A stretch of DNA of 59,045 nucleotides, the filler included, from Sphacelaria rigidula (lineage: Eukaryota): NCBI GenBank assembly GCA_964200075.2. It is 8 parts of 8 records of this genome, joined end to end, with 100 filler letters (N's around TTAATTAATTAA, not from the genome) between each part and the next. Parts side by side here need not be neighbours in the genome. Positions count along the whole stretch, not along the records: positions 1 to 7,294 come from CAXNAA020015583.1; positions 7,395 to 14,688 come from CAXNAA020015584.1; 6 more parts are not named here. One strand, given 5' to 3'. A program made the translations under genes and the position numbers. Numbering within the stretch: the stretch's first letter is position 1; each line of letters opens with the position of its first letter. Of the stretch, positions 1-9,912 are shown in pieces. Under the pieces are notes generated by a model that worked only from the letters and a program-made list of their open reading frames with translations, did not search any database and was not told where the DNA came from.

Positions 1-3000
1 GGCGTCCGAGTCGTTCACGCCAGCGCACGGTATGGCACACTGTGCGTCGCCGCCATGCATTTCGTGGTCTGTGTTTCCGTCAACCCCACACCAACACTCG
101 TTGCCGTTTTGAAGGCCCATGTAGGCGGAGTTGTACGAGTCGCAGTGCTCGTAACAGAGCTGCCACCATGGTTCGTATGCACAAGAGGATGACGGCGAAC
201 GCAGAGTTAATGGAAAGTACGCGCGCAGAGTTAATGGAAAGTGACTGCACCATACACTCATCTGCACTGCCATCAACAGTTTACTGTCACGACGAACAAG
301 CACCCTTGCTCGTGAAATGAGCTGAAGACAGTAAGCGTTGGTACGGTCAAGGGCTGAAACAGGACGCATGAAGCACTGGCTTCGCTACAGTAGATTGAGT
401 AATTCAAGACCAAAAAGTGATGAGCACCAAACAATCGGAAACCCGACTGCTGTTTCCTGGGGAATACTTTGCCGAGCCACTGGGAAGCCACATGAAATAG
501 AGCTCGTAGTCACCAGATAAATTCAATGCACGTTTTGGTTGCATTAGCCTTACCAGATAGCAAAGACTACAGAACTTCAGATTTCTGGAAATGACAGATC
601 AATGTCTGAAATAATTTCACTGCCGAGATGTCCCTCCAGGTCTCATTTGAAGTCCTACACGTTCTCTCTACAGTAATAGCTTGCTAATAAAGCCTTTTAC
701 ATCCCCGTGTAGGATATCGACGTGCAGCCGTGAGCACACGGCACTGTGACAGACAGAAGTTTCAACACATGAAATAGTCAAGTCATGTAGAGCAGATACT
801 GACGTTCATTTTAGTAGGGGTGTGGTGTCGCGTAGATGAGGTGATCCGGGAGTGCGGTGAGACCCGGGGTATCATTCGCGGGGTTTTCGACAAGCATATC
901 AAGCATAGTGGAACGGAACGGTTGAGCGCGAAGAACCCGAAGGGGGATTGGCCGGCAGGACGCCTCAACAGAAGATTGAACACACGGGAGAGTGCAGTCG
1001 CCCCTCCCCTCCCTAAATGGGTGAGTCTTTGAGAACAGCGTGGTCATCTACCGCATTTTCGTTAGTTACTTCGAGCAACAAAAGGATGCGAATCAAGAAC
1101 TCCAAGTGCCACAAGATGCTTGTGATGCACCCCAACGCAGTCCATATCCTCGCCCCCCCGCCTCCGATAGTATTGGGCTGTTTCGTCATGAGTCGAGTGA
1201 ACAAGGCCCTTCCCAAAACCCATCATTCTTATGCTGTGGTTGTTGTGCTGTTGTACATCTCAGCATTTGACGACGAACACGGTGCTCTGCGCGCTGGAGA
1301 GTGACTGAACAGTTCTACTGCTGCATGACGTGTTTCGGTCTGCACAGAATTGGCACTGTGTGGCAGGGGGAAGGGATTACTTGCAAGGACACATGGTGCA
1401 AGGTATTCGGTGTGACAATCAGAGTATACATTCGACACCATCTCCATCGTCGACAGTGGGCGGCACGTTGGCTTTTTTTTTTGCAGGAATTAGATGCCCG
1501 TGAAGTACGAGCATGAAACTACAGTGGTACGCGGTTGAGTGTTTGACCGCAGAGACAACTAGACCGCCCGAAATTGCTCCGTGGTCAATTCGACTCGGAA
1601 GGCAGGGCGATCATGGCCTAGGTAGAGCACGACAATCGTTTTTCACGATTTTCTGGGGCGCCAATGCGCCAAACAGTGACATGGGCAACGAGGACTGCGT
1701 AGGAGACCCGCTCCTTGTCAGCGATAGTAGAAAAATGAACGGCCGTAATATCGGCATATTATGACTTCTCACCATGATGGTCATCTCTTCGCTCTCCAGA
1801 AGATAATCAGGCAGCACCCTGACTTCTTCATCGTCATTGAAGCAACCCCTATAGAAATAGGGCAACTCGTCGTCTGTAGTACCCGAGCTGGCCGTGTCAT
1901 CGCCGCCGTTCAAAGAGTTGACTGCCACCGCGTCTTCGTTGCCTGAAGTACTCAAGCTCGCCGTCACACTGAGACCCCCAGCGCCGTCATCATCATCATC
2001 ATCATCATCGTCGTCGCCATCATCATCATCATCATCACCACTGTCACTGTCATCGTCATCGTCGTCATCACCCCCGCTAGCCGTTGTGCTGCGACCAATA
2101 GCCGCGTCATGCACCTCGGTCAACTTGTACAAGTCAAATGCGTCATATCCACCTGAGTATTGTGAGCGGAGCAAGCCGTGAAGGGACGAATACAACTTTG
2201 AACGTTGGTCAACCACCCCCTCTCGACATGCAGAGAGCAAGAAAATGAACGAGCCCATCTGACGTCACCATCTGTTTGGGAGAATATCAAAGTGCGGCTG
2301 CAATCCGACACTGGCAAGGCTTGGTGGGAAACCAAGATTTCGAAATTGCACGTTCACTCCGAGGCAAGCTCCGACACGAAGTTCCAGTTGGTTCCCAGAA
2401 TAGTCCAGCACTCCTCAAGTGCAGCGCAGTGCCTACAAGGGAACGACATCCTCTCAACATCCTCAACCTCTTACTTTACGCCGAATCAGTTCAGCTCCGG
2501 ATTTCACGTCCTGTGCGGCTTTTAACGCTATCGTAGTACATATTGAAAAACGATGAGGGCATGGATTACGAACTGCTTGTGTCACCAGGGTGTCGCCGCC
2601 ACCACTTGTTTACATAATTAGGAACATGGCTCCTTACATGGTATCGGTGTCCTATCAATCATAATACCCTATGCGGTCAGCTTCGTTTTGTAACCCGCGT
2701 ATGCTCAAGTCGATACAGTATTACTCTGTAACCATGCCGTATTGTCCGGCTTGGACTGTGCAGCATATTCTTGGAGCTCAAGCAGTTCACTTCTTTTCCT
2801 CAACCCGTGCCCTGTCTCGCCGCCTCGACGCGTGCGATGGTAAGTTTTGCAAAAACAAATGAATATGAATTTCACGTCTCCACCCCATGACAGCGACCGG
2901 TGGTCCGTTCGTGAGCCAGCAGTACCTCCTCTCCTTTTTTCGGTGGAAGTGACACCGATTCACCAATGACCGACCGATCGCATTCGCTCCTTCATGGCGA

Positions 3001-6000
3001 GCACAGGTAAATGATCTGTTGAATCGGCTTCAATTTCATCGAAGAAAGTGTGCATGATTCAGATGGACTACCCTCGCGGCCTAACGGGATAAATGGTCTC
3101 GAAGAGCACCGGAGCAAACCGGCGGCGGGTGCCGGAGACCTTTGGGCCGAACTGCCGGGCCCCGTGCCACGGTTGGTCAGAGACTTCGTCACCTGCGTTG
3201 TTATAAGTTGTTTTTACCCAAAATGAAATCATCGGCGTCGAAGGCCGTGTTGTGTGATCTGTGCAGTGGGGACGAAGTTGGTGCGTAGCACGAATCCTCA
3301 ACAGCTCACTTGCTGGGAGATCGACAGCCAACATAACGCCAGTGAGACGAGAAACGGGAGAAACCTTGAACCCTGTGCATTACGATGAACGCGGCAGCTG
3401 ACACGGTGTTGTAACGCAATAGCCCCCTTGAAATTCCGTTATATATTGGCGATGAAGTGCGCGGACTGTCCATGTTCATTGTGCCGGACTTTGCGTATCT
3501 GTGATACTGCACCCACAAGAATATTCGAGTGCATTTTGCGCCCAAAAGCACGTGTGTCCCGATTTTCGGCACAACAAACACACACACACACACACAAGAT
3601 CAACCAGTACCAACTGACTCGACGCACAAACCGACCACAGCAACCAAAGACCATGTACCAATTGGACCATCAAACAACAGTAGATATCTATCCATACCCA
3701 CCTACACAACAGGGTTACAGCGTACTACTCTGACTGCGGACAGCGCAAATGCATGGTACTCACCACAGCGGTGTTCGGAGTCTCCCGAGCATGTGTTGTG
3801 GCACACTCCGCTACCTTTATCTTCGTACTCGACCGCTTCAGACGTCATGCCGCACCAGCACTCGTTTCCGGACTACTCCGCCGCCGGACAGTACCCGTAG
3901 AGAAAGCAAAAAAAACGACGTAGGTGCGAGGAAAAATACAGAACGGGCGACCTTGAAACGACGAAAAATAGACGCGTTTGGTAACCCTGAGTTCGACGTG
4001 GGCTAAGCCTAGGTCGGGATATTTTTCGCGTATACACTTTGAGAGAACTTGAGTTTGCTAGCGTCGATATATTTTCATGGCAAAATAAATAGATTGCTTT
4101 CCCTCCCCCAGTGCTCAAGTTAGTGCTGGTCAACGTTATCCAGCGATACGAGTAGATACCCCGTTTGTCAGAAGGGTCTTATTGACCGTGGAACAATTAT
4201 TGGGCCCATGTGCAATGAGTACGAGTCGGTATAAATTAGAAAAAAACAAGCCGTTCCATTTTTCCACAAACACGATTGGGACAGGTCCGATCGACCTCAA
4301 ATACCGGAGAGTCAGAATCTGGGCTAAAAAGTGACAAGACCCCCGATGACCGGTCAGCCCATAAGTCACTCAGTAAGGGCCCTTCTTAACGAAGGGGAAA
4401 ATCCCTTTTATGAAAAACGACCGGTGATTGGTCGCTGCGATACCACCCCCTCCAAAAAATCCCCTCAAGGTGCGCAGAAATCCCCTCTCGAGAGGGGATT
4501 TCCGGACACCTCGAAGGGGAACATACGTTTCCGGTTGACAGGGGCACATGCAAAGGCTCACCACACAGCCCAACACAATCAGAGCCGAACGTGAGGACCT
4601 TGGTGGCCCCACAAACCAAAACACACAGCTCGAGACGTAGCGGCTAATCAGCTGTGCACGTTGTGCGTGACCTTGCTCTAATCTGTTCAGAACCAATTGA
4701 GAAATGATTATTTGTGTGAGACGCGCGCGCAGCACACGCTTACGAAACAGTCAGCAACGACACGTTTTGGGTTGTTTTTGACACGCATAAGGCCGCCATT
4801 CGTCCGATACAGAACGGATTTTTGTCAAACAAAGACTGTCGTGCGTAGATTAGCAAGGCCTAGCACTGAAACTAATGCGCGAGAGTGGAGAGTGTGTGTG
4901 CGTGTTTTTTCGGAGCTGCGTATGTAGGTGTTGTGTTGCCTTGTTGTGTCTCGTCTGCAGCATTACACAAACCTTGGACCTGCTTGGTCTAACGACCACT
5001 TCGAGACCCACCGCGTCTCTGAATCTGCGTGCGGATCTGGGTTTCAACCTGTACAAAACTGCTTGTCGGTAGGACTCGGGACTGGTCGTTATGGGGCCGA
5101 TCGCCTGTCAAACGGGGATTATCCCCTTCGTCAAGAACCCAGATTTGCACGCAGTTTGAGGAATGCGGCGGGTCTGGAAGTGGTCGTTGGACCAAGCAGG
5201 CCCAAGGTCTGACAAGACACAACAAGGCAACACAACACCTACACACCCAGCCCCGAAAAACACGCACAGACACCCACCACTCACGCGCATGAGTTTTACT
5301 GCTAGGCCCTGCTAACCTACGCACGGCAGTCTTTGTTTGACAGAAATCCGTTCTGTACCAGACGACTGGCGCCCGCATGCGTGTCAAAAACAACCGAAAA
5401 CGTGTCGTTGCTGACTGTTTCGTAAGCGTGTGCTGCACGCGCGTCCCACACAAATCATCATTTCTCAATTGATTCTGAACAGATTCGAGCAAGGTCACGC
5501 ACAACGTGCACAGCTGATTAGCAGCTAGACCTCGAGCTGTGTGTTTTTGGTTTGTGGGGCCACCAAGGTCTTCAGGTTCAGCTCTGATTGTGTTGGGCTG
5601 TGTGATGAGCCCTCTGATTGTGTGAGGCTGTGTGATGAGCCTTTGCATCTGCTCCCATCAACCGGACACGTATGTTCCCCTTCGAGGTGTCCGGAAATCC
5701 CCTATTGAAATCCCCTCTCGAGAGGGGATTTCTGTGCACGTTGAGGGGATTGTTTTGGGGGGGTGGTATCGCAGCGACCAATCACTGGTCGTTTTTGGGA
5801 AAGGGGATTATCCCCTCCGTTAAGAAGGGCCCTAATGGGTACAGATGATTTTTTCTCGTTCATTGGAATGTGGAACGGATACTACTACATTCGAGTCCCC
5901 TATGTGATGAGGGGTGGCATCAAACGAACCAAAGAAATTGCCAACTACGAGGAAATCACCAAATTTCCCACTTTGAACTCGGGATCCTTCAACAGGAAAC

Positions 6001-7294
6001 TCCTATGTATGATGGCATTGGCCGCGGGATCGATCACTGATCACCGCGCTCGCCCTTTTCTCCGTGAAAACGAACACGAGACGATGGAGAGCAGGAGCAA
6101 ACGTAATAGACCCCGGAAAGTGAAGAAATTGGAATAATAGTATCGTTCTGTTAAGGTGAGGAGAGATACCTCACCCTCTCGGCTCCCAAACTCCTCTCTA
6201 CAGTAACGATCCGATTGTACGTCGCATTAGAAGTCGGGCGTGTACCCCGTAGGATAGAGATTGGATTCAACTCGTTTACTTTGTCGTACAGTACTTCGAA
6301 CCACTCCGTCAAAACGACCTTGTTCCTGTTGCAATCCTCCCTGATCATCCTGCGTGGGTGTACACAATGCAAGTCAGGCTTCATTCTCTCGGAACCGAAA
6401 ACGATCATCGTCCGCTGCTGGTGGGGGAAGAGGGAAAGGCACAGCAATTACATAGTAGGTTGCCAGACGTAGTCCGTACTTCTGACAAAAATATGGTTGG
6501 CTCGTGTGTGGAAGGTGGAAGGTACGTGACAGAGAGCTGGGGGATAAGGATCTAGTACACTACACTGCTTTCGAGACGTTGGTAGGAGTTGACCGCGAGC
6601 CACATAGATCGAACGCTTGCGTGACTATCGATAGAAAATACCGGTCACGTGGCTCGGATTTGAAGTTTTGTGGAGACCGCGCTGCATGCTACGCGGGGAT
6701 ATTTGTATAGATCGATTCTCCTCGCTAGTTGTTGATTTACGTTGAGGTCACCCCCCGAGATAACAATCAACCCGCTTGCAGACGGCATCAGATTCCTTAT
6801 ATCAGGGCAACAGAAACCTGTACGAGGGAACCGTCGCAGTACAGGGACAAGAGACACGACAAACCCTGTCTGAGGTGAGACATGGAAAAGTTCTCATTTC
6901 TGGCTCCAATCCAAATGCTCTCTGACCTGCAGTCCGTAGTACCACGCGCCGGGAACATCGTACCAGCAGTGCTCCTTGCATAGGTCGACGGTCATCTCGT
7001 CGCTGGTAATCATGCTTGAAAGCACCCGATCACCGATGTCGTCCTTGAAGCACGCGACATACTCTCCGTTATCCACGTAGTCGGGCCACTCCAACTGGTA
7101 CAGGCTGAAAGCCAAATACCCTCCACACGTAGCGTCAACGTATAGGCTCCCGCCGCTCGAGATGGCGTCCGAGTCGTTCACGCCAGCGCACGGTATGGCA
7201 CACTGTGCGTCGCCGCCATGCATTTCGTGGTCTGTGTTTCCGTCAACCCCACACCAACACTCGTTGCCGTTCTGAAGGCCCATGTAGGCGGAGT
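1..7294 (-). CDS. Multi-WSC-domain (carbohydrate-binding) protein with Asp-rich linker, partial; exons 6927..>7294, 3764..3872, 1773..2152, <1..159
   Basis: Four minus-strand exons with GT/AG borders and compatible phases (0, 1, 0) splice into: ...AYMGLQNGNECWCG..CAIPCAG..TCGGYLAFSLY..YVACFKDDIGDRVLSSMITSDEMTVDLCKEHC..YYGLQ|SGNECWCGMTSEAVEYEDKGSGVCHNTCSGDSEHRCG|GYDAFDLY..(poly-D)..YFYRGCFNDDEEVRVLPDYLLESEEMTIM|LCYEHCDSYNSAYMGLQNGNECWCG. This matches the WSC cysteine pattern (YxGCF, MT..C..C, GLQ.G.ECWCG, C...C.G, CGG....LY). Confidence 0.9.
1985..2070 (-). repeat. Coding (GAT/GAC)n tract encoding a poly-aspartate linker
   Basis: Runs of tcatca/tcgtcg on the + strand; translates on the - strand to DDDDDDDSDSGDDDDDDGDDDDDDDDDD within exon 1773..2152. 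Confidence 0.9.
4377..5832. mobile_element. Non-autonomous PIF/Harbinger-like foldback element with ~670-bp inverted arms
   Basis: Starts GGGCCCTTCTTAACG (4377) and ends CGTTAAGAAGGGCCC (5832). Flanked by TAA on both sides (4374-4376, 5833-5835). About 4377-5045 is an imperfect reverse complement of about 5135-5832. No transposase ORF. Confidence 0.85.
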
Positions 7295-7394
7295 NNNNNN
7301 NNNNNNNNNNNNNNNNNNNNNNNNNNNNNNNNNNNNNNTTAATTAATTAANNNNNNNNNNNNNNNNNNNNNNNNNNNNNNNNNNNNNNNNNNNN
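7295..7394. other. Artificial contig spacer (N44-TTAATTAATTAA-N44); identical spacers at 14689-14788, 22082-22181, 29475-29574, 36868-36967, 44261-44360, 51654-51753
   Basis: Seven identical 100-bp N blocks, each containing a six-frame stop linker, separating contigs of non-increasing length. Confidence 0.98.
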
Positions 7395-7602
7395 TAAGAT
7401 TGTTCGGCCCGAAGCGCACTGATTATCTTGCATTTGGATGACAGCCTCGAATGAGTTGCTTCACTTTGTGGTATCGCCACTTCCTGAGACAGCAACGGCT
7501 GATATACTGCCTCCTGGGTGTCTCACCATGGACCCACCACGTAGTACGATCGTCCCCATTGTGCGGAGTTGAGGTTGTCCCACGCCGCACAACATGATCC
7601 AA
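7395..7602 (+). repeat. Dispersed non-coding repeat family B, fragment
   Basis: aagattgttcggcccgaagcg...gtatcgccacttcc...ctgcctc..gggtgtctcacc...ccccattg.gcggagttgagg aligns by eye to about 40197-40400. Confidence 0.85.
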
Positions 7603-7603
7603 C

Positions 7604-7918
7604 ATTTATTTATTTTGTTTGTCGCACTTCGAACCTCTCCCCTTCCTCGAGATGAGTCCGGGGTCTAAAGGGATCAACCCATCTCTCCCCCGGTACACGC
7701 CTTGTATTTTGGTCTCGCGGGTTCGATCAGCACTCCCGCACAGCGTCAACTCACGTCAAACAAACTCAGTCAACTACTTTGCTTACGCACGTTTTCACGT
7801 TTTCACGTTTTTCACGATGGAAGTCAGACACCACGAAGAAATAGCCCAATGCATCGGGAATCGAACCCTCGTTATCTCCCTAATGGCGACAGTCGGACCA
7901 TTACACCACCGGGGCGCG
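7604..7918 (-). mobile_element. tRNA-derived SINE, family A
   Basis: The minus strand begins cgcgccccggTGGTGTAATGGtccgactgtcgccattaggg...GGTTCGATTCCcg (Pol III A and B boxes) and ends in an A-rich tail (acaaacaaaataaataaat). A related head is at 29314. Confidence 0.75.
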
Positions 7919-7944
7919 ACGAACCATTAGGTTATAAATAATGT

Positions 7945-8190
7945 GGGTGAGATTCCCGGTTGATGCGTTTTTGTGATCCTGGTATGGATTGGATCTCCAT
8001 CGTTGAAAAAATATCGTGAGTAACACACAACATGATTTGAAGAGAGTCACCGCGGTGCGGGAGTGCTGACCCGATCCGCGATACCAAAATACGTGGCGTA
8101 CACCGGGAGCGAGACGGGTTGATTCCTCGAGATTACGCACTCGTCCCGAGGGACGGGTGAGATTCGGAGTGTGCCACGAGGGAAAAAAGT
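7945..8190 (+). mobile_element. Diverged SINE family A relative, head-to-head with the 7604-7918 copy
   Basis: Its reverse complement shares gg.atcaaccc.tctc..cccggt..acgcc..gtattttggt.tcgcgg.tcg.tcagcactcccgcac with 7670-7742. Confidence 0.6.
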
Positions 8191-9199
8191 ACGGAGATAT
8201 CTCATCCAAGACGGATGTCCATATTCCAGATTGATGATTATATCCTAGATGGATATATACCTAATGAACATGATGTCCCGCACGGAGATTTGAACGATAA
8301 CACAAGGCTCACGAGCCTCACACCACGGGAAATTCTGCGCTGAATTGTTCCTCTTGGTTTTTGGAGGAATACCTGGTGCTTGTTATCCAGAGTGGCCTCC
8401 CGAACTATGTTGCCCACGTATTTCAAAACGCCCAACGATGTGGTTGGGTTTTTCTTGAAAGTCGCGGTCGGGGGATTTCCGGAGAGTCAAGTGTCACTGA
8501 TGTCGGATTCGAAGAACACTACAAGATCCCGCAAAAAGTTGTGAGTTTAGTTTCCTTCATACACGAAATTTCGACTCCTTTCGGAATAGGCCTCAACATT
8601 TTGACCGCCCTGGTGTATCCTATTTGTTGAATGGCATTCTGCTCACCTGGAGAAAGAAGTGCGCGGCATAGGTGTTCCATCTTCTGGCTCTGAGCGGTTT
8701 ATCCCTTTTACTGCCCATCGTACATGCTGCGAGGTTTCGTCCGCTTATACCCCCGCGAGGTTTGGGACGGTACTATTTGTAGGTGTTGATGCGGCGTTAG
8801 ATTGACATGAGCGGGTAGCAAGAGCTACTCGAAACCAGAATTTTCAGACCGTACATGTGCAGCCTCGTTCTGCCGCGATCAAGGAAGGTAGGTGTGCATC
8901 TTGCTTGCAATATGCATCGTCCTGCTGGGTGCCACGTAAAATCTACGTATATACATGCGTACATGTCCTGCCGGCGCGATTACCGCCGCAGTTTTTGTTT
9001 CACCTAAAGGACCATCGTCGGGTGGTTGCTGGTCTTGGCTAATGGACGGAAGAATTGGCACACGGTGAAACATGCGATATTTGGGTTTTTCCAAGTGGTT
9101 CTTGTTTCTCCACCCGAAACGGCTGTTACAAACCCGTACGGCGCAGGATACGGCTACGCGGTAAACTTGCTGCCTTCCGATCATCCATGCACTTCATCA

Positions 9200-9392
9200 T
9201 CCCCCCCCCTCCTCCGTCTCAGTGCTCCGTCGGGAAAGGGATGCACGGGTCAGTGGTCATACGACTAAGGCAAGCAACAAATGCGTACGCCCCCCCCCCC
9301 CCCTCCCCCTCCCTCTCAGTGCTCCGTCCCGAAAGGGATGCGCGGTCAATTCAAACGACTAAGGCAGGCAACAAATGAGTACGCCCCCCTTC
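9200..9392 (+). repeat. ~100-bp tandem duplication of dispersed repeat family C (inverted copy at ~58300-58390)
   Basis: ctctcagtgctccgtc..gaaagggatgc..ggtca...acgactaaggca.gcaacaaatg.gtacgcccccc occurs twice. The reverse complement ggggcgtactcgtttgttgcttgccttagtcg...gcatccctttcg is at about 58312-58375. Confidence 0.8.
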
Positions 9393-9912
9393 TCGCCCGC
9401 CCGCCCGCCCGCTCCCTTAGTTTGCGTTTCTTCTCCATGTACGCAAAGGATGCGTAGTGCGAAAGCGGGTCGACGGGGAAGTTGTCAACTTCTAATCGTG
9501 TATTGCCTTCATCTACTACCGAAAGTAGTTGGGATTCATGTGTTTAAAAGTACTTCGATGTGAACACCGCGTTGCAAGTATGTTACGGCGACAATGCTGT
9601 GCACAATTCACTTCTCATCATGACGGGGGCATTTCTATTTCTCTCTCTATACATTGATTTTTGCCTGAAGCAGTCACGGGCATGCTCCTTGCGCTGTGTC
9701 AGCTTCCCCTCGTGTACTGTGTGAATTGTACGATCGCAAACCTGGACCTGTCTTCCGTTCTGGTGCTCTAACTACACCATGTTGCCCTCACTTCACAGTT
9801 TCATTGATTGGCCCAACACGTTGAGGCAGGCTGTCTATTGCTACCTGACAAACGAAGGATGTTCATATCTTACTACTCCGTTTGTGTGTGCATGACTACG
9901 CGCCAAATGCAG

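Noticed and set aside
4370..5823. ORFs of up to 219 aa in the foldback region
   Set aside because: They mirror each other on opposite strands because of the inverted repeat and show no recognisable motifs.
5920..6860. Possible LINE endonuclease remnant (LIVISGGDLN, ANHIFV) on the minus strand
   Set aside because: Only two short, weak motif matches in different broken frames; not supportable without a profile search.
1..7294. Terminal direct repeat read as a circular element (plasmid or virus)
   Set aside because: The repeat lies within a spliced host-type WSC exon, has a synonymous mismatch, and the contig has no replication or capsid genes. Tandem duplication is the simpler explanation.
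7339..7350. Palindromic TTAATTAATTAA recurring every ~7.39 kb, resembling a periodic biological motif
   Set aside because: It is always embedded in N44 blocks and is an artificial six-frame stop linker.
7850..7918. tRNA genes here and at 29314-29380 and 54970-55045
   Set aside because: A and B boxes are present, but no complete cloverleaf or acceptor stem forms and each continues into a shared repeat body, so these are SINE heads.
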